In this document: one piece after another, positions 42,401 through 51,855 of the stretch
Position numbering within the stretch: the stretch's first letter is position 1
Layout of the letters: each line of letters begins with the position of its first letter
NCBI GenBank assembly: GCA_041855125.1
Contig: JBHADP010000034.1
Coordinates: 8,724 to 72,723 of the forward strand
Length of the DNA stretch: 64,000 nucleotides
From: Neisseria sp.
GTDB lineage: Bacteria; Pseudomonadota; Gammaproteobacteria; Burkholderiales; Neisseriaceae
Direction: 5' to 3'
The notes under the pieces: generated by a model
The model's database searches: none
What the model saw: only the letters and a program-made list of their open reading frames with translations
What the model was told of the DNA's origin: nothing
Program-made: the position numbers and the translations under genes

Positions 42401-42473
42401 TATGGATAAATTGGACTTATCCACCGCTTTTTTGCCGAGTTATCCACAATGATGGGGGATAAGTTGGGGAAAA
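42401..42473. promoter_or_regulatory. Cluster of five DnaA-box-like 9-mers
   Basis: TTATCCACA at 42440 plus four near matches in both orientations. Confidence 0.6.
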
Positions 42474-42490
42474 TGGTTCCCCCAACAGAT

Positions 42491-44467
42491 TTATGATTGC
42501 CAATGGCGTTTGGCAACTTTGTGAATGCGTTTTAACCAAGCACGTTGGCGGGCTTTGCTGGGCAGTTTGTCGGTGGCGTAATACCAGTATTCATATTCGG
42601 CAAGTAAGGTATTGATTTCGGGGTCGTGAATGTGGTTGGCTTGTAGCCATTGTTGTAATTCGTGGGCAGACCAAGCTGCAAGGCGTTCATCGTCTTCGCC
42701 TAAGAATGTGGCTTTGAGCAGTAAAAAGCCTTCTACCAATGGCTCTTGTTCTTGTCGTCTTCCTTCGCGCCACCACCACCAAATGGGGAAACACGCCAAA
42801 ATCAAACCCACCGCCAACACCAATGCGAAACTGCTGATGTTAAAGCTGCCTAAGCCCAATAAGGCAAATAGGCTGTTTTGCCGACTTTGGTCGTAATTGA
42901 CGACCCATTGTTGCCAATAGAATTGTCCTGTTTCTGCCCATGTTTGCCATGTGCTGTTTTGGCTGGGAAGCAGTTCGCGTTCGTTTTCGGGCAAGGCTGC
43001 GTCTAATCCGCCTTGGATGCGTCCTGATACTGCGCCTGTGGGGTCAACGCGCAACCATGCTTGTTCATTGGGCAACCACACTTCTGCCCATGCGTGGGCA
43101 TTTTTGCTGCGGATTTGCCAGAAATTGCCATTGCTTTGGTATTCGCCCCCTAAATAGCCTGTTACCACGCGAGCAGGCACGCCTGCCGCCCGCATCATGA
43201 CCACAAAACTTTGGGCATAATGTTCACAAAAGCCTCGTTTATGGGTAAACATAAAGGTGTCGATGCTGTCCATGCCTTCGGCTTTGGGTGGTTGTAGGGT
43301 GTAGGAAAACTGTTGGCGGCGATAATAGTTGAGCGTGTTATCCACAAAAGAGCGCACGCTATTGGATTGTGTTGCCAGTTGTTGTGCTAATTGACGGGTG
43401 CGGAAATTACCGCTCGCAGGCAGATGAAGATATAAGGCTTGTTCGCCCTCTTTTAATACATGAGGTAGGGTATCGCTGGCGGTGGCGGTGAGTGCGACCC
43501 GCCGTAAACCATCACGACTTCGCACACGTAACACATCGCCCAAACGCACTTGCATACTGCTTATGTTGGGGTTGGGTGGAAGGGGATAATCTAAGGCAGG
43601 AATGATGCCGTTTTGGTCGCGCAATATCATTTGATAATCGAGCATTTGGGCAGCAGAACGCGCTTGCGGTTGGGCGTTGTCAATGTAATCATTTGCCACC
43701 GCGCGCCAACTGATGCCGTTGAAGTCTGCCATAATGATGGCGCGCCAATACAGTTCTTGTTGTTGCGGTTGGCGACCATTGAAGGTAACGTTGGCAACCA
43801 GTTCATTGCTTTGCACCAAATCGCTGATGCTACCAGGTTGCATGGTTTCTGATAAACCCGTTTGCGCTTTGCCTTTGTCTTGTTGTGGAATACGCCAAAA
43901 GGGTTCGTTTTTGCGTGGTACGGCAATAAACAACACCGCCATTAAAGGCAAGGTGAGCATTAAGGCTTGTGTGCCTCGTTTGGCTGCTTCTTTGCCATCT
44001 AAACCGCATAACACCGCAAAACATATGCTCACCATAAAGAGCGACAATAAAAGCCACATTCCCACCAAGAGGCTTTGGTTAAACAAAACCGATGAGCCTA
44101 TTAAAAACAACATCGCCAACAGCAAGATTTGCAAATCGCGTTGTGTGTTGCCTTCATAGGCTTTCAGCATAATCATTAGTAACAAAAAGGAAATACCGCC
44201 TTCTCGTCCCACCACGCTGCCCAATTGTTGCCACACTAAACCGCCGCCCACCAAGATTAAGCCAATTAAAACGGGCAGGGGCATTTTATTGAGATTCAGT
44301 TGTAACAACACCATACGCAAAAGCCACAAGCAGGCAAAAACGACCATCACCGCAGGCGGCAAAGCAGTTAGCAGAGGCAAAGTAGTCCACAATAAAGCCA
44401 ATAAAATGGTTGCCATCACTGCGCGTGAAGGGGGATGTTGCAAGAAAGCAGGATTGAGAATAATCAT
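42491..44467 (-). CDS. tgpA: Transglutaminase TgpA family membrane protein (DUF3488 + TGase-like)
   Basis: TM N-terminus; GFCEHYA, GVPARVVTGY, AHAWAEV, RVDPT. Confidence 0.9.
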   Translation of the reverse strand: MIILNPAFLQHPPSRAVMATILLALLWTTLPLLTALPPAVMVVFACLWLLRMVLLQLNLNKMPLPVLIGLILVGGGLVWQQLGSVVGREGGISFLLLMIMLKAYEGNTQRDLQILLLAMLFLIGSSVLFNQSLLVGMWLLLSLFMVSICFAVLCGLDGKEAAKRGTQALMLTLPLMAVLFIAVPRKNEPFWRIPQQDKGKAQTGLSETMQPGSISDLVQSNELVANVTFNGRQPQQQELYWRAIIMADFNGISWRAVANDYIDNAQPQARSAAQMLDYQMILRDQNGIIPALDYPLPPNPNISSMQVRLGDVLRVRSRDGLRRVALTATASDTLPHVLKEGEQALYLHLPASGNFRTRQLAQQLATQSNSVRSFVDNTLNYYRRQQFSYTLQPPKAEGMDSIDTFMFTHKRGFCEHYAQSFVVMMRAAGVPARVVTGYLGGEYQSNGNFWQIRSKNAHAWAEVWLPNEQAWLRVDPTGAVSGRIQGGLDAALPENERELLPSQNSTWQTWAETGQFYWQQWVVNYDQSRQNSLFALLGLGSFNISSFALVLAVGLILACFPIWWWWREGRRQEQEPLVEGFLLLKATFLGEDDERLAAWSAHELQQWLQANHIHDPEINTLLAEYEYWYYATDKLPSKARQRAWLKRIHKVAKRHWQS

Positions 44468-44507
44468 GATGTAATGTGTGGAAATGTAGTTATTATGTTG
44501 AAGCGGT

Positions 44508-45455
44508 TTACCATAAAGCTAAGGCGGTTAAACAAATTTCTCGTTGCCCTTTTTGCGGCACAATGGTGCGTTGCGGCAATTCTAAGGTGTAAAGCAAACC
44601 GCGTTGTTCTGCTTCTAACACACGGTAACACAATAAACCTGCCAACCGTTCAACTGCGGTGCCTGCGGGGTAGTCTAAATAAGAAATCACGGTGTTATTG
44701 ATAGCCGCAGGCGGTTCTTCAAACCGTTTGTCTAATAATTGCCCTGTTTTGGCATAGGTTTTCCATGCGATATGTTGCAAGGAAACGCCTTCTTGATGGT
44801 CGATTAAATACGATAAATCATCGCCACCGACAATAGGTGTACTCTTGCGTTTTTCCTCTTCATTCGGAGTGCGGCTGGCAGGGGTTTCATGTGCGATAGG
44901 GGCAGGATAAACCACCGCATCGCTGGGCCAATGCCAAATACATTGCACCATGCTTAAACCAAAGGGCGCAACCGATGCCGTGCGTAATGAGGGTACACGC
45001 AAATAGCCGCGCATTAAGGTGGGAATTGACCATTGAAACATGCTAGGCGTGTTTGCGCTGATGTGCCAAGCGTGCCACAGCTTATCAGGTGCAGTATTGG
45101 GATTGAGAAAATCATCTTCACTGCACAGCCATAACCAACGGCGGCGATGATTGTGAGATGAAATCAGCTCTAACGTGGCTGTTCCTCCTGCAAACACTTC
45201 TTTTGGCATTTCCACATCAATGCGAAACGCCAATAATTGCCGAAAGTTGAGCAAAATTGCCACCACCAAAAAACCAGCCAACCAAAATGCCGCCACATAA
45301 GCCAAATTGACCTGATAATTTACCCCCACCAGCCATAACAGTCCCACTAATACCACCAAGCCCGCGCCCAAGCGCGTGGGGCGGCAATAAATCGCTGCTA
45401 GGGTGGGCGTGCGTGATGGGGCAACAGGCAAACGATGTTTACTGAACAGCCACAT
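44508..45455 (-). CDS. DUF58 domain protein
   Basis: RG..PFGL, YPAP, IAWK pattern; canonical position between moxR and tgpA. Confidence 0.8.
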   Translation of the reverse strand: MWLFSKHRLPVAPSRTPTLAAIYCRPTRLGAGLVVLVGLLWLVGVNYQVNLAYVAAFWLAGFLVVAILLNFRQLLAFRIDVEMPKEVFAGGTATLELISSHNHRRRWLWLCSEDDFLNPNTAPDKLWHAWHISANTPSMFQWSIPTLMRGYLRVPSLRTASVAPFGLSMVQCIWHWPSDAVVYPAPIAHETPASRTPNEEEKRKSTPIVGGDDLSYLIDHQEGVSLQHIAWKTYAKTGQLLDKRFEEPPAAINNTVISYLDYPAGTAVERLAGLLCYRVLEAEQRGLLYTLELPQRTIVPQKGQREICLTALALW

Positions 45456-46353
45456 GATTCAAAATATCCATCAATAATTGACTGCTGCTCAAACCCTGTT
45501 GCACAGGTTGCAAACGATGATTGGCAACAGGAATCCACACCGATTTAATATCATCAGGCAACACATGCGGACGACCATGAATAAATGCCGATGCTTTGGC
45601 AGCTTGTACCACCGCCAAACCTGCTCGTGGGCTTAATCCTGTTACAAAACGTCCTGATTGGCGCGTGGCTTGCACCAAACGGAACACATAATCTGCTGCT
45701 GCTGTAGCAAATTTCACTTGGCGTACTTCTTCTTGCCATTGTTGCAACAGCGCAGCATGGCAAACAGCTTGCAAAGCAGGCAAAGTTTGACGGCGGTCGC
45801 CTGCAAAATATAATTGTTTTTCCGCTTCAGGCGCAGGATAACCCATGCTCAAACGCATCATAAAGCGGTCTAATTGAGATTCGGGCAGTGGGAAGGTGCC
45901 TAATTGTTCGGTGGGGTTTTGCGTGGCAACCACCAAAAAGGGTTTGGGCAGCGCATAAGTGGTGCCATCAACTGACACCTGTTGTTCTTCCATGGCTTCC
46001 AGTAATGCCGATTGCAATTTAGGTGAAGCGCGGTTGATTTCGTCTGCCAATAAAAAAGAATGGAACACAGGACCGGGGTGAAACTCAAATTTACCCTCAT
46101 TGGGGCGATAAACATTCACACCCAATAAATCAGAAGGCAACATATCATTGGTAAATTGTACACGGCGATAGTCCAGCCCCAATACTGCTGCCACACCATG
46201 CGCCAATGTGGTTTTCCCCACCCCTGGCACATCTTCCAATAACACATGCCCACCTGCTAAAACAGCAGTGAGTAATTGTTGTAACACATTTTCTTTTCCC
46301 AAAATCAGCTTGTTAAGCTGTTGTAATGCGTGTTGAATAGATGGATTCATCAT
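45439..46353 (-). CDS. moxR: MoxR family AAA+ ATPase
   Basis: DVPGVGKT, QFTNDMLPSD, DEINRA, ATQNP, LPESQLDRF. Confidence 0.94.
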   Translation of the reverse strand: MMNPSIQHALQQLNKLILGKENVLQQLLTAVLAGGHVLLEDVPGVGKTTLAHGVAAVLGLDYRRVQFTNDMLPSDLLGVNVYRPNEGKFEFHPGPVFHSFLLADEINRASPKLQSALLEAMEEQQVSVDGTTYALPKPFLVVATQNPTEQLGTFPLPESQLDRFMMRLSMGYPAPEAEKQLYFAGDRRQTLPALQAVCHAALLQQWQEEVRQVKFATAAADYVFRLVQATRQSGRFVTGLSPRAGLAVVQAAKASAFIHGRPHVLPDDIKSVWIPVANHRLQPVQQGLSSSQLLMDILNHVAVQ

Positions 46354-46374
46354 GTATTCCTTTTTTTATTGAGA

Positions 46375-46466
46375 TTGAAACCCCACCATTTAGGGTGGAG
46401 CATTGGGGTGTAAGCCCAACCAATTCAGAGCGGCACGATTTTAAGTGTCGTTCTGAATATTGAAAC
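46375..46466 (+). repeat. Composite three-hairpin element Y
   Basis: TTGAAACCCCACC...GGTGG, GGGT-GTAA-GCCC, TCAGAGCGGCAC...GTGTCGTTCTG-AATATTGAAAC; homologous to 34934-35043. Confidence 0.7.
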
Positions 46467-46560
46467 ATAAACATACCCTTATCAATTCGAGCCTTTCTCT
46501 TGAATGGAACTGATTCCACTGGAAAGCAATGTTTGCTTTTTTCATCTTATTGATATGTAT

Positions 46561-46596
46561 GCTGCCCGTTTTGTTGTTGCGAACAAAACGGGCAGC
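46561..46596. terminator. 15-bp perfect inverted repeat
   Basis: GCTGCCCGTTTTGTT/AACAAAACGGGCAGC downstream of the DUF3079 gene. Confidence 0.6.
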
Positions 46597-46662
46597 AATA
46601 TTATAGCAACAGCGCATCAAAAGATAACCCGAGCTAACCTAATTTTAAACAAAACGGTGTAT

Positions 46663-46920
46663 TCACGCTTTTTTAGGCAAGGGCAATTTAATATGCGGTT
46701 TCTTTTGTGCTGGCTTTAATCCCAACTCAATTTGTTGGGCATCGCTTAATAAATCACTCCAATCGCCTGTTTGATACCAATATTGACCGTCTAATTCAAT
46801 AGGGTGTTGAATACGTTCGCTGCCGTTGCCACATTGCAAATCGGCTTCTTTACAATATTTATCACAGCCCCAACAAATGCGTTCAGGATTTTTGGGAGCA
46901 ATGGGAAATTTTTTTGCCAT
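46663..46920 (-). CDS. DUF3079 domain protein
   Basis: KKFPIAPKNPERICWGCDKYC...CGNGS..QHP. Confidence 0.8.
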   Translation of the reverse strand: MAKKFPIAPKNPERICWGCDKYCKEADLQCGNGSERIQHPIELDGQYWYQTGDWSDLLSDAQQIELGLKPAQKKPHIKLPLPKKA

Positions 46921-46984
46921 GATGTTTGACCTAATTAAAAAAGGCTTGTCAAATAAAAAAGCCCCGATGGGTTGGGGCTATAGG

Positions 46985-47296
46985 TTAAGCAATAATTTCA
47001 ATGCCTTTGTGTTGGACAAGTGTGAGCAGTTTCAATGCTGTGCCGCTTGGCTTTTTTACCCCTCGTTCCCATTCTGAAACCAGCTTGGCGCTAATATTAA
47101 GATAATTGGCAAAGACGGCTTGTGAAAAGTTTGCTTTCTCTCTAATTTGACGAATTTCTTCAGGGGAAAGCATTTTTACTGGCGTTAAACAGTTTTTGTC
47201 AAACTGCTGCATTGTTTTTTTGTCCATTAAACCTGCATCAAATAAATCAACAGCGTTTTCGTGGATCATTTGTGCAATTTCATTGTTGTATTTCAT
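46985..47296 (-). CDS. XRE-family HTH antitoxin (HigA-like)
   Basis: IRQIREKANFSQAVFA..WERG.KKPSG HTH; start overlaps the toxin 3' end. Confidence 0.85.
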   Translation of the reverse strand: MKYNNEIAQMIHENAVDLFDAGLMDKKTMQQFDKNCLTPVKMLSPEEIRQIREKANFSQAVFANYLNISAKLVSEWERGVKKPSGTALKLLTLVQHKGIEIIA

Positions 47297-47663
47297 TTTG
47301 TTTTACCTCAATTAAGGCACCGCGTTGAAGCAGTAATTCAATTTGTTCAGTTTGATAAGTTTCGTATTGCTGCGCTAATAGTTTCAAACTGGCTAAATCT
47401 GTTGCGGAAATATTTTCTTGTTTATTTTTAGCAAAACCAACGACAAAGAAATGGTTTTTGTTGATACGATAAAAAATGAGCGAACGATAACCGCCTGATT
47501 TACCTTGCCCTTGTCGCGAAATACGTTGCTTAATGATATTACCACCTAAGTTTGCGTCAATTAAGCCCGCTTCAGCTCTTTGAATCGCTTCAAGAAGTTG
47601 AATATCAGTAATCTGCTGCTTTATGGCAAATTTGGCAAATGCTCTTGTTTTGAAAATTCTCAT
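47280..47663 (-). CDS. RelE/HigB-like toxin (DUF1044-type)
   Basis: IFKTRAF, IDANLGG, GKSGGYR, GFAKN; toxin-first operon. Confidence 0.85.
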   Translation of the reverse strand: MRIFKTRAFAKFAIKQQITDIQLLEAIQRAEAGLIDANLGGNIIKQRISRQGQGKSGGYRSLIFYRINKNHFFVVGFAKNKQENISATDLASLKLLAQQYETYQTEQIELLLQRGALIEVKQNEIQQ

Positions 47664-47688
47664 TTTATTTTCTATGCTCTTTAGCGGT

Positions 47689-47717
47689 ATGGTAAAAAAT
47701 TAAAATCAGCTTGTCAA
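47689..47717 (-). promoter_or_regulatory. sigma70 promoter of the TA operon
   Basis: TTGACA-17 bp-TACCAT on the minus strand. Confidence 0.7.
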
Positions 47718-47946
47718 TTTATTGGCAATAAAAAGCCCCGAACATTCGGGGCAATGATTATTCTGCAAGGCGTTGATTGTAGCTTTCCATGCATTTATTG
47801 CATGAATTTCAATTTGGCATCATTCAATGGCAGTCAATGTACAGTCTAAACTTTTAACTAAAATTGCCGTTTGACTTAATGCTTATCTGAGGGAGTTGGC
47901 ATAGACTTGTTTTTAGGGCATTTTAACGGTGTTGGTTGGCGGGAGA

Positions 47947-48309
47947 CTACGCATCAGGTAAACGCGACATCCACCATGCGCTGCCTAAGCAAATGATGGC
48001 AGCCACCCCTGCTACCCACCATCGTTCAGGAAAACGCCATAATAACATCAAACACGATGCTGTCATCATGGAATAAGCTAGATATTTGGCATGGCGCGGA
48101 ACGGAGCGATTGCGTTCCCAATTTTGCACCATGGGCCCAAAATAATGATGCTGATGTAACCAACGATGAAAACGAGGTGAAGCGCGCGCCCAACATGCGG
48201 CTGCCAGCAACACAAAAGGCGTGGTTGGCAACACAGGCAAGAAAATGCCCAAAATACCCAAGCCCAAAGCGATTGCCCCCAATATCCAAAATAAGGAACG
48301 AACAATCAT
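47947..48309 (-). CDS. ybaN: YbaN/DUF454 inner membrane protein
   Basis: GIFLPVLPTTPFVLLAA. Confidence 0.9.
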   Translation of the reverse strand: MIVRSLFWILGAIALGLGILGIFLPVLPTTPFVLLAAACWARASPRFHRWLHQHHYFGPMVQNWERNRSVPRHAKYLAYSMMTASCLMLLWRFPERWWVAGVAAIICLGSAWWMSRLPDA

Positions 48310-48884
48310 GATGTTTTCCGATGAATGGGGCAACCACGGGGAATATCCAATTTATCCCAGCCTGTTTGTCCCATTTCTTCTAATAAAGCGATGTTGCGTT
48401 CAAAAATGGCGGCTGCATCGGGAAAGGCGGCACTGGCTTTGGCGATGCTGTCTTCCCGAATCAGATGCAGCGTGGGATAGGGCGAACGGTTGGTGTAATT
48501 GCTAATATCATCGGCATCGGTGCCATCAAATTGGAAATCGGGGTGGAATGGGGCAATTTGTATCACGCCCTCTAATTCATTATCCACAATGGCTTGTTCA
48601 GCAATATCCAACATATCGTTAAATACGAAAAAATCGGGAAACAAATCAGGGTGTATCAGCAGCGTGGTTTCTAAGGTGTCGGCAGGGGTGTTGCCCAATA
48701 ATTGTAATTCGCGGTCAAGGTCTTCTAAAAAGCCATCTAGATGTTTGGCATGGCTAATGCTGATGCGAACGCGGTTTTTCACATAAGGTGCTTTGGCAAA
48801 TGGGCAAAGGTTTAAACCAATCACGGCTTTTTCAAGCCAAATTCGGGTGTGTTGAATCAGAGTGTCATCGTCGATAGATTGCAT
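48306..48884 (-). CDS. DUF1415 domain protein
   Basis: VIGLNLCPFA, APFHPDFQF, TNRSPYPTLHLIRE. Confidence 0.88.
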   Translation of the reverse strand: MQSIDDDTLIQHTRIWLEKAVIGLNLCPFAKAPYVKNRVRISISHAKHLDGFLEDLDRELQLLGNTPADTLETTLLIHPDLFPDFFVFNDMLDIAEQAIVDNELEGVIQIAPFHPDFQFDGTDADDISNYTNRSPYPTLHLIREDSIAKASAAFPDAAAIFERNIALLEEMGQTGWDKLDIPRGCPIHRKTS

Positions 48885-48993
48885 GGTGTGTTAAACAGTG
48901 AGTAGTAATTCTTATTTGCAATCATAAAACGTTTTGCGTGGAAAAGAAATAAGCCACTCAAAATGGGTTTTGAGTGGCTCAGTGAAAAGAGGG

Positions 48994-49479
48994 TTAATCT
49001 TGTTGCTGTAAATGACCTAATGGCAGGGCAGTGGTGTTTTTAATTTCTTTCAACACAAAACTGGATTTTGCATCTTGTACACCAGGGTGTGAGAGCAGGG
49101 TGTCGAGTACGAAATGGGAAAAAGCGTTCATATTGGGAAAGAAGGTATGCAATAAATAATCGGTTTCACCCGTGAGCGCAAAACAGCTCAACACTTCAGG
49201 CCAACTTTGAACGGCATTGGAAAATTGTTCGCGTGATTCGCTGGCTTTATCAATAGACACCCGAATGAAGGCTTGTAAACCTAATTGCACCGCCACAGGC
49301 GATAATAAGGCAGCATATTGGCGAATGATGCCTGCATCTTCTAATTGTTTTAAACGGCGCAAACAAGGTGAAGGCGACAATGCCACCCGTTCAGACAATT
49401 CCACATTGGTTAAGCGACCATTGTTTTGCAATACTTGTAAAATTTTCAGATCGGTTTTATCTAAAGTAATTTGTGCCAT
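48994..49479 (-). CDS. Lrp/AsnC family transcriptional regulator
   Basis: LDKTDLKIL, LSPSPCLRR, TGETDY; start MAQITL; divergent from gcvT. Confidence 0.92.
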   Translation of the reverse strand: MAQITLDKTDLKILQVLQNNGRLTNVELSERVALSPSPCLRRLKQLEDAGIIRQYAALLSPVAVQLGLQAFIRVSIDKASESREQFSNAVQSWPEVLSCFALTGETDYLLHTFFPNMNAFSHFVLDTLLSHPGVQDAKSSFVLKEIKNTTALPLGHLQQQD

Positions 49480-49729
49480 GATGGGATTCCTTTTTCTTCT
49501 TTGGGGCGTATTAAATAATGAGCGGGTAAGTGGCAAGAGCGCAGTCTTGCCAAACGATTTTGTTATTTTTCCTGCATACAGGTGCAATATAAGGTAAATT
49601 TTGTTAACGCACAATGGTTTAAAAAATAAATTATTTGGCACACAAAATCCCCATTTTTATTCAATTTTAAATTTAACTTGTTAAAGCCGAAAAAAATGAA
49701 TGAATTTGGGGAATTATGTAAAGAAAAAC

Positions 49730-49758
49730 TTGCGAGCCAAGCCGTTTAACGCCATAAT
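49730..49758 (+). promoter_or_regulatory. sigma70 promoter of the gcvT leader
   Basis: TTGCGA-17 bp-CATAAT directly before the riboswitch. Confidence 0.65.
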
Positions 49759-49765
49759 CTTTGGC

Positions 49766-49942
49766 GTGTGCAGGAGAGCGTTGTGTTGAGAAACAACATA
49801 ACCACCGAAGGCGCAGACACCCTTAAATCGCTCAGGTAAAAGGACTGTACACATCAATCATCTGGAGAGTGGTGCGGCTGCACCCACCGAAGGGGAAAAG
49901 AGGGCGGTATGCCATCGAAAATCTCAGGTTTCAAGGACAGAT
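49766..49942 (+). ncRNA. Tandem glycine riboswitch (aptamers ~49766-49852 and ~49860-49942)
   Basis: Two GGAGAG...CCGAAGG...CTCAGG...GGAC units upstream of gcvT. Confidence 0.95.
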
Positions 49943-49991
49943 AGGGGCGCGTGTGAAGCATCGCAGCCTTTAATCTATGGAGAATCCAAAC

Positions 49992-51092
49992 ATGACGACT
50001 TTGAAAACCACCCCTTTCAATCAAGCTCATCGAGACGCTGGCGGCAAATTAGTTGATTTTGCTGGCTGGGAGTTACCTGTGAACTATGGTTCACAAATTC
50101 AAGAACATGAAGCGGTGCGTACCGATGCAGGTATGTTTGACGTATCGCATATGTTGGTTTCTGATATTACAGGCGAACACGCTAAAGCATGGTTGCAAAA
50201 ATTATTGGCAAATGATGTGGCAAAACTTTCATTTGTGGGTAAGGCTTTGTATTCTGCCATGCTCAATGAGCGAGGCGGTGTGATGGACGATTTGATTGTG
50301 TATCGCGGCAATGAAGCCGAAACGCAATACCGCATTGTTTCTAATGCTGCCACGCGCGAAAAAGATTTGGCTCAGTTTCGTCAAGTGGGCGAAGCCTTTG
50401 GTGTTCACATTACACCGCGTTATGATTTGTGTATGTTGGCGGTGCAAGGTCCTAAAGCGATTGAAAAATTATTAAGTGTGAAACCTGATTGGGCAGCAAC
50501 AGTGCAAGGTTTGAAGCCTTTCCAAGGTGCGGATTTGGGCAATGATTGGTTTGTGGCGCGCACGGGTTATACAGGCGAAGACGGTGTGGAAGTGATTTTA
50601 CCTGCCACAGAAGCCGATGCGTTTTTTAAAGCCTTGCATGCTGCGGGTGTGCAGCCTTGTGGCTTGGGTGCGCGAGATACTTTGCGTATGGAAGCGGGTA
50701 TGAATCTGTATGGCAATGATATGGATGATGATACCAGTCCTCTGCAAGCAGGTATGGCATGGACGGTGGATTTGAAAGATGAAAACCGCGACTTTGTGGG
50801 CAAAGCAGCGTTGGTGGCTTTGAAAGAGCAAGGCGTAGATGTGAAGCAAGTGGGCTTGTTGTTGGCAAAAGGCGGTGTTTTGCGTGATGGTATGGAAGTG
50901 ATTACCGAGCAAGGTAAAGGCTTAACTACAAGTGGTGTGTTTTCGCCTAGCTTGAAGCAATCTATTGCGATTGCGCGTGTTCCCAAAGCGTTTGATGGCG
51001 ACAGCGCAAAAGTGGTGATTCGCGGTAAGGAAGTGGATGTGCGCGTGTTGAAATTGCCTTTTGTACGCAATGGTCAAAAGCAGTTTGATTAA
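49992..51092 (+). CDS. gcvT: Glycine cleavage system aminomethyltransferase T
   Basis: [33 protein letters not shown]. Confidence 0.96.
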   Translation: MTTLKTTPFNQAHRDAGGKLVDFAGWELPVNYGSQIQEHEAVRTDAGMFDVSHMLVSDITGEHAKAWLQKLLANDVAKLSFVGKALYSAMLNERGGVMDDLIVYRGNEAETQYRIVSNAATREKDLAQFRQVGEAFGVHITPRYDLCMLAVQGPKAIEKLLSVKPDWAATVQGLKPFQGADLGNDWFVARTGYTGEDGVEVILPATEADAFFKALHAAGVQPCGLGARDTLRMEAGMNLYGNDMDDDTSPLQAGMAWTVDLKDENRDFVGKAALVALKEQGVDVKQVGLLLAKGGVLRDGMEVITEQGKGLTTSGVFSPSLKQSIAIARVPKAFDGDSAKVVIRGKEVDVRVLKLPFVRNGQKQFD

Positions 51093-51102
51093 GGCGTGAA
51101 GA

Positions 51103-51139
51103 AACGTGTAGATAATGCATTGAGGGTTATCTACACGTT
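51103..51139 (+). terminator. 13-bp inverted repeat after gcvT
   Basis: AACGTGTAGATAA/TTATCTACACGTT; no clear U-tract. Confidence 0.55.
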
Positions 51140-51164
51140 GGATAATTTGGAAAGATGTTGGTAA

Positions 51165-51734
51165 TTGATGGATAAAAAAACGGAAATAGGTAATCGCGGT
51201 GAAGAAGCAGTGCGCGATATCTTGAAAACTTTGCAAGGCTCATTAATTGCGGGTTTTATTCGTTCAAAAAATATTTGCTATTATGGTCGCAATTTTCAAA
51301 TTGATTTTTTGGTGTTTGTACCTAAAATAGGTTTGGTAATTGTGGAGGTAAAAAATTGGCGTGGAACCATCAAGGCAACTTCAAAAGACCAGTGGACTCA
51401 AGAGTTTAAAAATAATACTCATGAATATGGCAATGCTTCTTTGCAAGCCTTGAGAACAGCAGGAATGTTGTTACAGATTCTGGAAAAAGGGGGCATGAAT
51501 AAATATCCGATTCGTCCTGTGGTGGTGTTTGCACATGATGATGCAACGATTTTGAGAGCCAATAAAGCGCATTTGGCACCACAAACGGATATTATTAGAA
51601 AATCCATGTTGGAAAATTGGTTACAAGAAAATTCAAGCAGTGAAATCAATTATCGGTTTTCACAAAATGATTTTGATGCAGTTAAGAATATTATTATTCA
51701 ATATACACAAGAATATGTTGCAAAAGAAATGTAA
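51165..51734 (+). CDS. Standalone NERD-domain (PD-(D/E)XK nuclease-like) protein
   Basis: GEE, QIDFLV, VEVKNW.G NERD motifs; AT-rich relative to neighbours. Confidence 0.8.
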   Translation: MMDKKTEIGNRGEEAVRDILKTLQGSLIAGFIRSKNICYYGRNFQIDFLVFVPKIGLVIVEVKNWRGTIKATSKDQWTQEFKNNTHEYGNASLQALRTAGMLLQILEKGGMNKYPIRPVVVFAHDDATILRANKAHLAPQTDIIRKSMLENWLQENSSSEINYRFSQNDFDAVKNIIIQYTQEYVAKEM

Positions 51735-51855
51735 ATGGCTATTTAGGATATGGATAGTTGGTTTAGTAGGTGTTTTAGCCGCTTGTGATGCGAAAGATGC
51801 GTGTTTGGATCAGGGCGGTTCATATAATGAAACCACAAAACAATGTGAAAAATAG
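51715..51855 (+). CDS. 46-aa lipoprotein
   Basis: LAAC lipobox; C-L-D-x-GG-x8-C motif; overlaps NERD end by 20 nt. Confidence 0.65.
   Translation: MLQKKCKWLFRIWIVGLVGVLAACDAKDACLDQGGSYNETTKQCEK

Noticed and set aside
42491-46353. MoxR-DUF58-transglutaminase as a novel system
   Set aside because: Well-known, widespread gene triad
47753-47946. Gene remnant between the TA module and ybaN
   Set aside because: Only short interrupted frames with no recognisable motif
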